From positions 1 to 64,000 of the forward strand of contig CAUYUJ010000016.1 in assembly GCA_963575745.1 (NCBI GenBank): a stretch of 64,000 nucleotides of DNA, written 5' to 3'. The notes under the pieces were generated by a model. The model was given only the letters and a program-made list of their open reading frames with translations, was not told the origin of the DNA and did no database searches. A program made the position numbers and the translations under genes. Positions 38,693-50,739 of the stretch are shown here, one piece after another. Source of the stretch: Prorocentrum cordatum. Lineage: Eukaryota. Each line of letters begins with the position of its first letter. The stretch's first letter is position 1.

Positions 38693-41067
38693 CACAGACC
38701 GTAAGACATCTTGCTATGAGAAATCCTGAGGTACTGTCTTCGTCGATCCTCGAAGGTCCTTCCGTGCTCCGGAGCTGATGTGTGTCCCGAGGCCTGTCGG
38801 GGGATATGACATTTCCTCGGGGCACCTGCTGACGGGCCCAGGTCTTGTTGCATGCCTACTGCTTGACGCACGGCGGCGAGAAAAGCGACCATCTCCGCCG
38901 CAGGCACCGTCTGCACCCAGGACGGCAGCGGGCCGTGCAGGCGAGCAACAGCCTTGACCCCTTGTGCGTTGGACCTGGGCGCCTCGTGCGTCGACCCCCC
39001 ACGCGGGGCCACGTGCGCGTGCGCGTTGACCCCTCATGCCGAGCTTTTCGCACCCTCGTGCGCCGACGCAGCCCGGCTTCAATGCTGGTGGTCCTGTGCT
39101 CCCGCCCGCCGAGGCACTGACCCTTTGGTCACAGCCTGGTGGCAGTGCAAATGGTCCTGCGCGGCTGCTGTGCGGAATGTGGAAGCGTGGTTGCCGGCGG
39201 CAATGCGGTGGTCCTGCAGGTGGCCGCCACGAGGTACGCGGAGTCGCACACGTGCTTGTGATCCAATGCGCATTGGCCCCTAACCGCACCGTCTGAGGCA
39301 CGAGAAACGCCCATCCGTCTCACAGCAATCTCCCCAAGCCGTGCATATCGAGGACAAGGCTAGGTGAACGCACCGTCCACACCACCCTCTGCACACCGAG
39401 GGGGAGATGCTCCCCGATGCCGCCTCTTTCTCTGTCTCTCTTCCTGCTCTCCTGAGAACAAAAAGAACCACAGCCACCAGAACTCCATCGAACTCCGTTC
39501 CCAAACACCACCTCCGACAACTCATGGCATTCCGTTCCGGGCATTCTCTGGGGCGCGCACTGGAACGGGGTGCCACGGGCTCGGTGGGTGGAGCGGCCAG
39601 CCCCCCTCGCCGGTGGTGGTGGTTTCTTGCTCCTCTGGTGCTGCTTCCCCGCCGGGGGAGGAGGAGGAGGCGCACCGCTGGGGCCCGCCCCTGATTCAAG
39701 CGCGGGCAGCGGGAGACCGGGCAGAGCCCTGGGACGAGGGGGTGCCAACAGCCTGCACCACCCCCGTCCAGACAGGAGGGCTGCCGTGGACGAGAGCCCA
39801 CCTCAGCCCCCCAAAAAGATCCTCGGCCGCGAGCCCACGCCGCTGCCGCAGTGCAGACCGCGCCGTGGCAACAGCCGGGGCCCTATGGTCGAGGGTCCCG
39901 CCCCGCGGGGACCTCATCCCTGAACCACTTTTGGCCAGGGGTCGGGCCTCCCCCGCAGGGCCCGAGCAACGTGCGCCAAGACGGCGCCTCGGTTAGGCAG
40001 TGGGCCCCGCACTTCCTGCAGATCAAGTGCCGGCCCTCCGCTTGGACCACGTGGCCCTCGCGCAGGAAGGGCGGAGCCAGTGTCGGGGGCTCGCCTTGCT
40101 CTGAATCAACACCGAAGGCCGTCCAGGCCAGTCGCGCGGCCGCGCTGCGCGCCCGCCTCGGGGCGCCCTTGCGCCTCGCCGCACGCACTGCCGAAAGGGA
40201 AAGGTGCAGGGCTGTGGGCTCGCACTTGGCCCCTGGCATGCTCCAAGCGCGCTCGGGGCTTCGGCGTGCGCGCAGAGGCGTGGCACCACACACAGCGAAC
40301 TGCGCCCTCTGGGACTTCCTCGAGGTCGTGGGAAAGCAAAACCTGTTTTGGCATCGCGGGACCAGGCCGCGCAGGCGGCCTGTCCTCCATCGTGGAGGTC
40401 GAGGCCGCAATCTGGGCCGCCCGAGCCGAAACATCAAGAAAGCGGTACACGTCTTTAAGCCTGCAAAGTAGGAATGTCTACTGTAGATCGGCATGCTGTA
40501 TCTCCCCAGCTCCGACCTTCGCAGAGAAGTCCGCCCACGTGCTCCCAAGATGATCAACCGCGGTGGACACCTCAGCATCTCTTGGGGCCTGCAAGAGCTC
40601 ATCTAAATTGCCGTGGGCTGGCGGCCACTGGAAAGAAGGCCTCTCTGGTCTTCCCTCGTAGAGCTGGAGAACCTGCCTCCAAATACTTGCGTGCTTGCCC
40701 GCGCCTCTACTCAGCTCGGGGCACCAGCTGGCTCCATCCTTGGCAGCGGACAGGTGGTCCGACACAAAAGTGGCCCCCCCCAGGGCCCAACTTTCAAAGC
40801 TTCCAACATCGCCTGGCGCTCCGCCCTCGGCACCGTCTGGCACCTCCCTCCCAAAGGGCCTCAACGGGCGTGGATCGGACAACCTTTGGCAGCCAGCTCG
40901 GCTACTGACCAGCCACATCCAGTAAGCTCGGGTACTCCATCGGCTTGGCCGCTGCCGTCCGTGCGCAGCCGCAGCCCCCAGAGAAGATGAGAGGCTCCCC
41001 GGGCCCTGACTGGGGCGGCGCTCGGAGCGGGCTCGACGCAGATAGGAAAGAGGGGAAGCTCGTAGGC

Positions 41068-41108
<41 letters not shown>

Positions 41109-41177
41109 CTTCGATGATGATGATAATGATAATGATGATGATGATGATGATGCTGCTGCTGATGATGCTGATGACAG

Positions 41178-41263
<86 letters not shown>

Positions 41264-42269
41264 GCTCGACGGCGTCGAAGTCGTGCGGCAGACCCCGGGC
41301 CGAATCGATCATCTTCCGCCGCTGCTCCTGCGCATCGCTGGGGAGAGGATGTGCAGCGTCGGGATCCTCGTCGCCTTGCTGCCACACCTGATCACAATCA
41401 AAAGACTGGTGCCCGAAAGTGCCCTCGGCCACGCCGCAGAACTGACGTGTCGAACTGCGGGAACATCCCATCGCGAACTTTCGCGCTGGGGGCCCGAGCC
41501 CCCCCCCCCCCGAGCAGGCGCCTCGAGGTAGCCTTGCGCGCTGGATTTCGCGCCAAGTTCACGCCCCAACGAGGCGCGCGACCCCGCGCATTCTCGGATC
41601 CGTGCGCCTCGGGGATAGTGGAGGGCAGATGCAACGTCTGGGCTCGATGGATGCCCCCTCTGAACTGCTGCCTAACATCACGAGGGGAGACTAACAGCAA
41701 GTTCGAAACTTCGTCCTGGTCAATTTTGACCACGTGGGGCCCGGCGAGATCCCACCCGACACGGCAAAGGCCAAGCTGAACCGCCACGACGGGGCCCCGC
41801 GCGAGCCTCCGAAAGGGCTGCAGAGAAGTGTTCCATCAGCCTTTTGCCAGGCCTTCAACAAATCAACGTCGCTCACCCAGATCCAACAGCAATAACGAAG
41901 CACTAGCGGAACCGTCGCGCCGACCACGGGATCGTAGCTGGGATCGTGATGGGTGGCAAGGCAGGCTGTGTGAAGCACGCGGCCTCGGGCTCCCACGAGC
42001 TCGGCAGCCAGCGCTCGCAGCGATCTTAAAGTGGAGCCCTGGAGGCCCATGACCGCCGCCCCGTGACCCCCGCTGGGCATTGAGGCCGCGCGCCAGAGCG
42101 CGGCCACCTTAGGCCCGGCAGTCCTCTTGAGGACTCGCAGCTTCGCCCGACGTTCCTGGAGTTTTCGTTTTTTTTTTTTTTTTTTTTGTTTGTTGTTGTT
42201 GTTTGTTTTCAAATTATTTTCCCTTTTTCTTTATAATAGTTATTTTTTCATCAAACATTAATTTTACGC

Positions 42270-43250
42270 GCGCCTCCCGAAAAAAAAGTCATGGCCCACA
42301 TTCCTTAAATTCTTGTTGCCTCTGAAACTTGGGACCGAGGCGTCAAACTTAATTCGCTTTTCTGCCGCAGTGCTGCGTGCCAGGCAGCCTGACATGTTAG
42401 GCTGAAACAATAGGCCAATCGGTGCAACGCGACGGCACAGCTCACGAACCGCCTTGAACACCACATCGGCTCTCGCAACATCTGGCCCTTCCCATTGCAG
42501 CGAGACGTCGCGTCGTCCATAAGGGCACGAACCTGCACTGCTGGGAATCTCCTGACCGTCTCTCTCACGGGCGCCAGGAGCACAGCAAGCATCGTGGCGC
42601 CAGCGTGAACGCCCCACCAGGATTCCCTGGAAGGAGACGTACCTTTCGCTCAAACTGCCGAACGCGTCTAGTCGTCTGGGGGCTGTGTAGCACTGAATGA
42701 GTATCCACCCCAATCGGAAGGGGGACACCTTCCTGTCGGAAAATCTCAGAAACACGACCGAGAGCTTAATCATGTCATAGCACTTGGCCATGTCAAGCAA
42801 CGCACCAGTCCAATGTAGATCCTTTGCCTTGGCTGCGGCCGACAGGTTCAAATCAAGGGCCGGATCGCTAGAACTCCGCCCCTTCCCGCTCCCCCAGAAA
42901 TCATCCGTTCTATGTTCGCTCTCCCAGCGCTCTGATGCAGGCCGTCGAAGCCTGCTCTACACTCGGATGAACGTGTCTAGGAACGCTATCAAACGGTGGC
43001 CACCGTCTGGCTCTGCTAAACGTATACGCCCACTGACCCGACGCCGATCGGGCCAGCGCAGACGCACATTTCACACTGATGCAGCAATGCAGCGAAGGCC
43101 TCGAGGGCCTCATCGGAAAGGTACATCAGCGACCGAGGATGTATGTGACAGCGCCCTACAGCCGCGCGCTCTGGAAACTTCAAGATGGCTGCCCGGAGAC
43201 CAGACGCATACACCTCAGGGAGGGGGTCCCAAAGATGCGCGTCTCCAAGG
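42270..43250 (-). pseudogene. Reverse transcriptase remnant
   Basis: FWGSGKGRSSSD, GALLDMAKCYDMI, QGILVG, LMDD in a shifted frame. Confidence 0.8.
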
Positions 43251-44129
43251 ATCTCTGGCTCGGGAGCGCCCGTGGGTGGCCCAAATTTTCCCCCACTCCG
43301 ACATCGCGTCATGAGACAGCTCGTAGGTCGGGCCCTTCGGGTGGTTCCCGTGACCTCCTGGATCGCGCGGGCCCTCCAGAAGTGATGGGCCCCCTCGGCC
43401 CCCCCCGCAAAACTGTCTCGGGCCCACTTTTGCCACTCGTTGCTTTTCTCAGCCAGGTGGGTCGTCTCGTGTTCGGCGGCGCGGTCTAAAATGCGGTGCG
43501 CGAAGTCCTGAAAAAGCGGGGTCTGCTAGGGCCGACAATCTGGCCTTGAAAAAGCCGCTTGAGAACGAGTCCAGCTGGCTGTGCGCCCGCTCGATCCTGG
43601 CGACGCAGCCGTAGTGTCGTTCCACGTCCAGCAGCGCCTTGGCGACCCTGCGCGCGCGGCTGTCCTGGTCTCCGCCGTCGAGGTCCAGCCTGGGCACGTA
43701 GGTGCGCAGCAGCGTGTCTACCTGCCTCAAGTGGCGGGCCCACCTGGCCGCCATGCTCCAGGCAGCCTGCTCGGAGGTCACCTGCAACGTCTAGGGCTTC
43801 GGGACGAACTGCAGCCTCTTCCGCGCCACCTCATGAGGTCCTTCGCGGCCCTCGTAGGCGCGGCGCTCAATCCCCATGGCGCCGTGCCTATCCAGCAGCT
43901 CGCGCCCCACTCCCTTCAAGAAGACGCCCCAGTGCTCGCTCAGGTCGGCTCCGCTCTTAGCCGACTTGACCTTCTCGTGCAAATGGTTCCAGTGACGTGG
44001 GTGCCTCGTGCAACCAGGCTTCGCCATGGTCGGAGTGCGCATGGGCTGACGCGCCACTCGGGGCCGCAACATCGCGTCCGCTCCCAACGGGCCCAACTGG
44101 ACTGGCTTGTGAGGCGCGGAGTCAACATC

Positions 44130-44780
44130 ATCTAATGCAACTGCTCGGCTGGTGCGAATAGCGAGGTTCGCGCTGATGAAGATGTTGTCAATGGCAGTGC
44201 CTGGGGCCGACTGCAGACAAGTAGCCGCAGCTGGCGCCGAAATAACTTAGCCGCAAATAACGGCCCAGCTGCCCGAGATCTCCGGCTCCATCTGAAAGTC
44301 GCCGCCGATGACCCGCTCCCAGCCGAGCTCGTTCAGCTGGGCGCAGTTCCTGGCCGCCTCCGCCAGGAGCGCCGCGTTGAAGGCGCCCGCCTGGCCATCC
44401 ACGTGCAAGTGGAGCGAGGTCGCGACGAAGCCGCCCTTGGCCACGGAGTGCAAGTGCCCGGCCACGGCTCGCGCCGACGCCAACTGCCCTCCTGCCGCGA
44501 GGGGCGGCGCTGTGATCTGAATCTTCCCGGGGCTGAGAATGCCCCCCCCCCCCCCCGACTTTCCCCCGCAATCGGTGGCCGGAGCCCTCGACCATGTGCC
44601 GTGGTATCCAACCGCGCCTGCTCGAACCAGGAAGTCGGGCAGCTCGTCGTCCACATGGAGTTCCTGCGCGCGAAGAATCATGGCCTCCCTATCGAGCGAA
44701 CCCGAGGGCTCCTTCGCCTCAAGCAGCTTGCCAAGGGGGGCGTGGCTCGTAGCATTAGCTGTTGCGACTCTGACCATGGC
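44130..44780 (-). pseudogene. APE endonuclease remnant
   Basis: VRVATANATS, AQELH, VIGGDFQMEP, AIDNIFIS. Confidence 0.75.
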
Positions 44781-46145
44781 TACTAAGTGGAAGAGCATTC
44801 TCACGATTCTACAAGTCTGGAAGGCTGGCGTACGCGGACGAAGCGCGCCTGATCTTCTTCGCGAAGTTCTCCAACTGTTCACTTGCTCGTTTGGTTGCTT
44901 CGCCAAGTTCTTCGTCTAAGTCTGGGGCAGCCGCGTGGGCACTTCTAAGAAACTCACGTAGCGCATCAGGGTCGGCATCCGCAGCCTTTGGGATCCACTC
45001 TGGCCCAGGGCCAGGGTTGGCGCTGCCACCGCCTCCCTCGCCCGCAGCTTGCTCCGCGGCTGCTGCTGCCTGCCTGGCGCTCTCGGCCTCGCGCTGCTGC
45101 TTCTCCCTGTGAGCCTTCTCCGCGTCCCGCACCTCCGCGAGCGCGCTGTGAAGGTTCTTCGCCATCGCCTCGGACGCGCCGACCCCCTGCAAGATCGAGC
45201 CCAATTGCTCGACCGTGGGCTCGGTGCTGGACCCGAGCACCTGGCCCAGCGACTGCGGCTTCCCTTTCTGCGACTCTGGAGGCTGAGGGGCTTCCGCAAC
45301 GAGTGCGCGCCGCAACTCCTCCAGCTCAAGCAGCTCCGCCTTCGTGCCGCTGAGCGCTGCGGAGGCCTCCCGCACAGCTTCTTGCGCCTGCAGCACCTTG
45401 CCCTCCAGCTCCAGCAGCTGATCTTGTTGCCTCTTGGCCTTTGCCTCCAGCTTCGCGTGCTGGAAGGACATCTTCTTGAGCCGCATGTCCACCGGCTTCG
45501 ACTCCGCCCACTGTTTGCGAAGCCTTGCCTGCTTCTCTCGAAGCAGGCGATCATCCTCTTGAGCCTCCTCCGATTTGACATCCTTGATCGCGTCGATGTG
45601 TGCCGCCAGCCCCGCCTACTGCTGCTTGATGTCACTCGGGGCGCCCGCATTGCCTCCGTCGACATCCATGGCTGACGGTGGCGGCTCGGGCGGGGCCTTG
45701 GCGACTCCTGCTGACGCTGACGCAACTGCTGTTCCACAGTCGACTTCCCTGGCGCATGCAAAAGACTCTGCGGCGGGGCTGAAGGCTTCCGAATACCTCC
45801 GAATGCAGTGGACTAGTGCTGCTGGCATTTGCTGTATTCTGACAAATCAGCACGGTTCCACTACTGTTCTCCTTTGTTGTAACAACAATGTTTGCACACC
45901 CGCGGAGAAGCCCAAGCCTTCCGAGCCTTCTGGTGCCCCGAAAATACAGGCCCTCGTGCTCGTCCCTGCTGCGGTGCCATCTGGCTCGGCCTCTGAGCCT
46001 CGCCGACGTCGTGACAAGGTGAAGGAAATGCAGGCTAACCGCGGTACCGTATCGAAGATGTGGCGCCGCCAGGGGCGACAAAAACGGTGGGGGCCGTCCC
46101 TCCCCCTTGCCAGGCGGCTCCTGTCCTTGAGCGAAACACTACGGA

Positions 46146-46167
46146 CTTGAGCCACAATGGCTACGGA
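46146..46167 (-). other. Genomic DinoSL copy (1 mismatch)
   Basis: Reverse complement TCCGTAGCCATTGTGGCTCAAG (21/22). Confidence 0.93.
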
Positions 46168-46450
46168 GGAGGAGGAGCAGGAGGAGGAGGAGGAGGAGGA
46201 GGAGGAGGAGGAGGAGGAGGAGGAGGAGGAGGAGGAGGAAAGGAGATACTGGAGGAGGAGGAGGAGGAGGAGGAGGAAAACGAGGGGGGGAGGGGAACTC
46301 ACGCCTGAACGTCATCAGGCGATGCAGTTGCGACGTGAACAAAAACTCGCTTCCAGCGGGCCCTGCGCCTCGCGGCGTCGACCAGGGGGGCTCTTCTCTG
46401 GCTGCCTGCCTGAAGGCCCGGGCAGGCCGGGAAGTTGGGGCCTCCCAGTC

Positions 46451-46633
46451 TTAAGTCGGGCCTGTCCCCCTACAGGGGGATTTTCGACGAAAAATAAAAA
46501 AATACCCCAAGAATGCAACAGAAAGGCCAAACAATACTTGAAAAATAGTCCCCAGACTATTTTTGGACTATTTTTGGGGTGCTCTTGTATTTTTTGTCGA
46601 AAATCCTCCCGTAGGGGGACAGGCCCGACTGAA
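46451..46633. mobile_element. MITE, best-preserved copy of the TTAAGTCGGGCCTGTCCC family
   Basis: About 47-bp terminal inverted repeats (TTAAGTCGGGCCTGTCCCCCTACAGGGGGATTTTCGACGAAAAATA / TATTTTTTGTCGAAAATCCTCCCGTAGGGGGACAGGCCCGACTGAA) around an AT-rich core. Confidence 0.85.
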
Positions 46634-47424
46634 TCTTGCCTGAGGGCCAGGGCAGGCTGGGAAGCTGGGGCCTCCCAGCCTCTGCTTTCTTCCTGCTTGC
46701 CTCAGCGAGCGCGGGGGCTCTGTGGCGGGCTGACCATGGGCCCTCATCCCGTCCGATCCTCCTCCTGTCTCTCTTCCTCCTCCCCCTCCTCCTCCTCCTC
46801 CTCCTCCTCATCCCCTCCCTCCCCAGAGGAACAGCCAATTGTATCAACACCACTTCTGGGAGGTCCGCGCGGAGCTCCACACAACTATGTTTATGTTTCC
46901 TGCTGCTCTTCGGCTCCCACCCTCCTCACATGTTCGTCCCCTCCCCCCCCTCCTCCCAACGGGAGGGGGACCCTGCGCCTTGCGCCGGGCACCCTGGCGC
47001 CGCGCGCGCTGGCGGTAGTCTCCACCTGGGCCCCCCGAGGCCCCCTCCCCGCCCTCATCGCTTGGTGGAGGTGCGGGCGTGGATTCGGGGGCGGCCAAGA
47101 GGGGGACGTCCAAGAGAGAGGGGCACAAATCGTGGCCGGCAGCATGTGCGCGGCCCAGGGGGGGACCGGGGACGTATTACGGTAATCAGAGGCGCCATGA
47201 AATCTGGGGAGATCTCATGCCCCCCGCCATGATGCCCCCCCCCATAGGTCATCACCCCCCTCTTTGCCGACCCCGATGGACAGCGTGCCGCGCCGAAGCG
47301 TGGTGGGCCGGGACTGGCGGCGCGACACGCTGAGCCCCACGTTCCTGACCGTGCGTCCTTCTGCTGCCATCCGGCCTGCTCCTCCTCCTCCCCGAACGTC
47401 CCGAGCTTCGTGCTGACTACCTAC

Positions 47425-47576
47425 CAGACCACCCCAACCCAACCCGAAGACCCGAATTTGACCCGAATTTCGGGTTGGGGGGGGTACGGGTTCCATGTGT
47501 TTTTTCAACGTTCCCCGACCCCCCCCCTGGAAATGGAGGGCAAATTGAGGCTTTCGGGTTGGGTTGGGGTGGTTTG
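47425..47576. mobile_element. MITE-like element
   Basis: ACCACCCCAACCCAACCCGAA / TTCGGGTTGGGTTGGGGTGGT inverted repeat. Confidence 0.6.
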
Positions 47577-48897
47577 GTCGGTGGTGACGTGCTCCCCCAG
47601 GACCTCTCGCTCCCTTGCCAAAGGCTGGCTCGTCCTGCCCGACTGCTTCTTGGACTGCCCCGGAACCCGCAGCTGGCCTCCAAAGACCAGACGTGCAGAC
47701 AAACCGGCCACTCTGATTCTTTCGAGGCGCCCGATGTCTGGGTCCTCGCCTTGCTAGGTAACCGCAACCCCGTGCTTTGCCGCTTTCGCTATCCCACCGC
47801 CTACGTGGGCTGTTACTCGCCCTGCGTGGCACCGGAACGGTCCGCAACAAGCGACCGCCGAACGAGACGTGCGTCAGCTCTTTCGCCTCCTGGCCGGCAC
47901 AAATGATAGGCATCGTGACAATTCCATGCCTGCGACGTAGTGTTTTTTTGCAATGCGGGGTCCCTGGAGATCTCGCGCCTTTCCTGGGGACCGATTTTTC
48001 ATTTTGGGCCATGCTGTGGTTGTCCCAGGGCCCAGACATGGTCCTGGAAAGGCCGAGGAAGACGAAACACGACGGAATTGGCAACACAAATATACACGTC
48101 GGAGGTTTAGGGTCGGACCAGCAGCAACGAGAGAGGCAACAGCAGATGGAACAATGATGACACATAGTAAGGTACATGGGCGTTACGGCTTCGCCACCTG
48201 ATATCCACGAGATAGCGGGAACAACCATCGAGATAAATGAAAGCACTGGCACGACACGGCGAAACTGAATGACTTAACGCATAAGTCTCGACTGTGGCCT
48301 GGTTGTCCAGCGGCCCGGCCTGGTCATTAGAAACACGGCGACTCATTTTGCGTGGTGGTTTGGTAGGCATTCGCAACTGCACCAGCTCAGGAGGAGGAGA
48401 GGAGAAGGAGAGAAGAAGGAGGATGAGGAGGAGAAGAATGAAGAGGAGAAGGAGAAGAGGAGGATGATGAGATGAGGAGATGAGAAGGAGGATGAGGAGG
48501 ATGAGGAGGATGAGGAGGATGAGGAGATGATGAGGATGGTGCGCGCATCCGAGAGGAGAAGGAGGATGAGGAGGATGAAAGCTCGCATCCGAGGGGGGAG
48601 GGGAGGCTGCAGAGGCCTCCAGAGGCCCTGAGGCAACTGGGGAGAGATGGAGGAGAAACAACAGGAGGATGACGATGAGGCGGAGCGCGCCCATCCGACG
48701 GGGGTGGAGGAAGAGGTGGAGGAGTAGGAGGAGGAGGAGGAATGCTGGCATCCGAGAAGGGAGCTTTGGAGACTTCCGGAAGCCGAAAAAGGTTAGACAA
48801 CTTCCGCCCATCACACGCGAGACCTCAAGGAGGAGGTGGAGGGGAGGAGGAGGAGGTGGAGGAGGAGGAGAAGGAAGAGGAGAGCACGCATCCGAAG

Positions 48898-48945
<48 letters not shown>

Positions 48946-48946
48946 C

Positions 48947-48995
<49 letters not shown>

Positions 48996-49014
48996 TTGAT
49001 GTTGATGTTGATGT

Positions 49015-49053
<39 letters not shown>

Positions 49054-49299
49054 GGCAGTGGAGGAGGAGGAGGAGAAGGAACACCAGGAAGAAGAGACTT
49101 ACGCTTTGGATGATCGAAATTGGGACGGAAATGTGAGGACGTTGCCCAAGAGAGAGCGAGTGTTGCTCCAAACCGACAGCGGCCGCCGTTGGGCAGGCGC
49201 CTTTTTGCCTCAGCGAGTAAAGTCCGCGGCAGCTCCGACGGCGGCTCCTGTTCAGACATGCTGATGGTCTGCGCCCCCATTCTGGGGAGACCCCAAGAG

Positions 49300-49445
49300 G
49301 TACCGATACCGCTGCTCCCCAGACCTTTCCCGGGGTGCGATGTGACCAGCATTTCGAGGCGAATCCAGTGGTGGCGACGAGGGCATCCCAGGAGGTCCCA
49401 AAAAGAGGGAACACGAGGAAGGGGTAGCGGTATGGGTACCTCTTC
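49300..49445 (+). repeat. Dispersed ~150-bp repeat (copies at ~21215-21360, ~27510-27570, ~32060-32165; reverse at ~36015-36112)
   Basis: TGACCAG.AT.TCGAGGCGAATCCAG core shared. Confidence 0.75.
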
Positions 49446-50003
49446 CTCCTCTGACATTCCTTCCGCCCCGTACCCCTGGGACAGCGAAAACCGCGCGTGG
49501 CCGAACAAAGGCCGGCGCCAGCCTCAGGCTACCGACGGATTTGGTAAGAACCATGAAACATAGCCGTAAATACTCAAGATGAACAAAGCATTGCAGAAAC
49601 ATCGTCCCCAGACTATTCGACGCTTCTTGAAGCTTGCTCCTGCAAAGGGACATGCCTGACTTAACGCGAGCCCCGGGCACCCGGGAGCCGGCCGAACGGT
49701 GCGCCGCCGTGGGCCGCACCTCAGAGGGGGGAGGCTCCGGCCCACCTGGGCAACAAAAAGCACGGGTGGTTCGTGTCGTGCCGACTCCGGCGCTGGTTCC
49801 GTTACACCGCGGGGATCGTTCCATCTTGAACGATCGGCCCTTTCCGAAACGACATATCGTTCAACACCGAGCGATTCTGGGTCGCCGGCGGCGTGCAACG
49901 TTGAACGCTGGCGGCGGGGTCGCCGCCGGTCGACACGACGCGAACCTACCGTAGGGCCATCCCCCGTTCGGCCCTCTCGAGAGGAAGCTCACTCGGGGAT
50001 GTC

Positions 50004-50124
50004 CTGGGATATCTGGGCCATGAACCCGGCCTCGTCGCGCTCCAGCACCCATTTGCTCAATTGGTCTCGGAGGCTCACCGCGCACTTGACCTCTCTCTCC
50101 CCCTCCTCCTCCTTCCCCATGCCC
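50004..50124 (-). CDS. Candidate internal exon (GMGKEEEGEREVKCAVSLRDQLSKWVLERDEAGFMAQISQ)
   Basis: Pyrimidine tract plus CAG|G acceptor, CAG|GA donor, high GC3. Confidence 0.35.
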
Positions 50125-50739
50125 CTGGCGGGAAAGGAGGATGAGGGCGAATCAATTCTTTCGGGGGGAATGGGAACAAAAAAAACGGGGGAGGCAGGGG
50201 GAAGGGGTTGAGGGGATACAGGGGGCGGGCGGGGAGGGGGAAGGGGGGGGAGGGAGGGGAAGAAGAGGGGGGCGCGTGTGGGAGGGAGAGAGGGCGGGGG
50301 GAAGTGAAGGCTGGGGGAGAGGGAAGGTGGAGGGAGAGGAGACCAACTTGAGGGTCGACGCCTCCGTGCGAAACTCACCCTTTTATGCTTAGGCCCCTCT
50401 GCCCGCTTCGCGCTTCGCTCCCTTTCTGACCTCTCCCCCCTCTCTCTCTCTCCTTCCCTCTCCCGCAATCTCAGCCACTCAGGCTTGGGCATGGAGCCTG
50501 GGCACCCGAGGTCCCTCTCCGAAGTCTTTGAAGAGCTTGGCTCCCAATCCGCTGGTGGTGCTGGGGGGGCAATGAAAAAAACAATAGCAATTTCTCCCAA
50601 ACATCCTGTGGTGCTCGGTCCTCGTCTTGACGAGACGGTCCCCGCGTCCCTCCTCTCCTCCATCTCCCGCTCCTCCCTCCTCCTCGTCCTCCTCGTCCTC
50701 CTCGTCCTCCTCCTCCTCCTCCTCCCGCTTCGCCCTCCT

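Larger units (their letters stand above)
38700..46167 (-). mobile_element. Decayed SL-capped LINE: ORF1 (coiled coil) - APE - RT - Cys motifs - RNase H
   Basis: DinoSL at the 5' end beside (CTC)n; coiled-coil ORF1 remnant ~44800-45700; APE VATANA, AQELH, IGGDFQ, AIDNIF; RT LLDMAKCYDMI, GILVG, LMDD; CRKCG; RNase H QTVPAAEMVAFL; many stops and frameshifts; 3' end not resolved. Confidence 0.82.
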
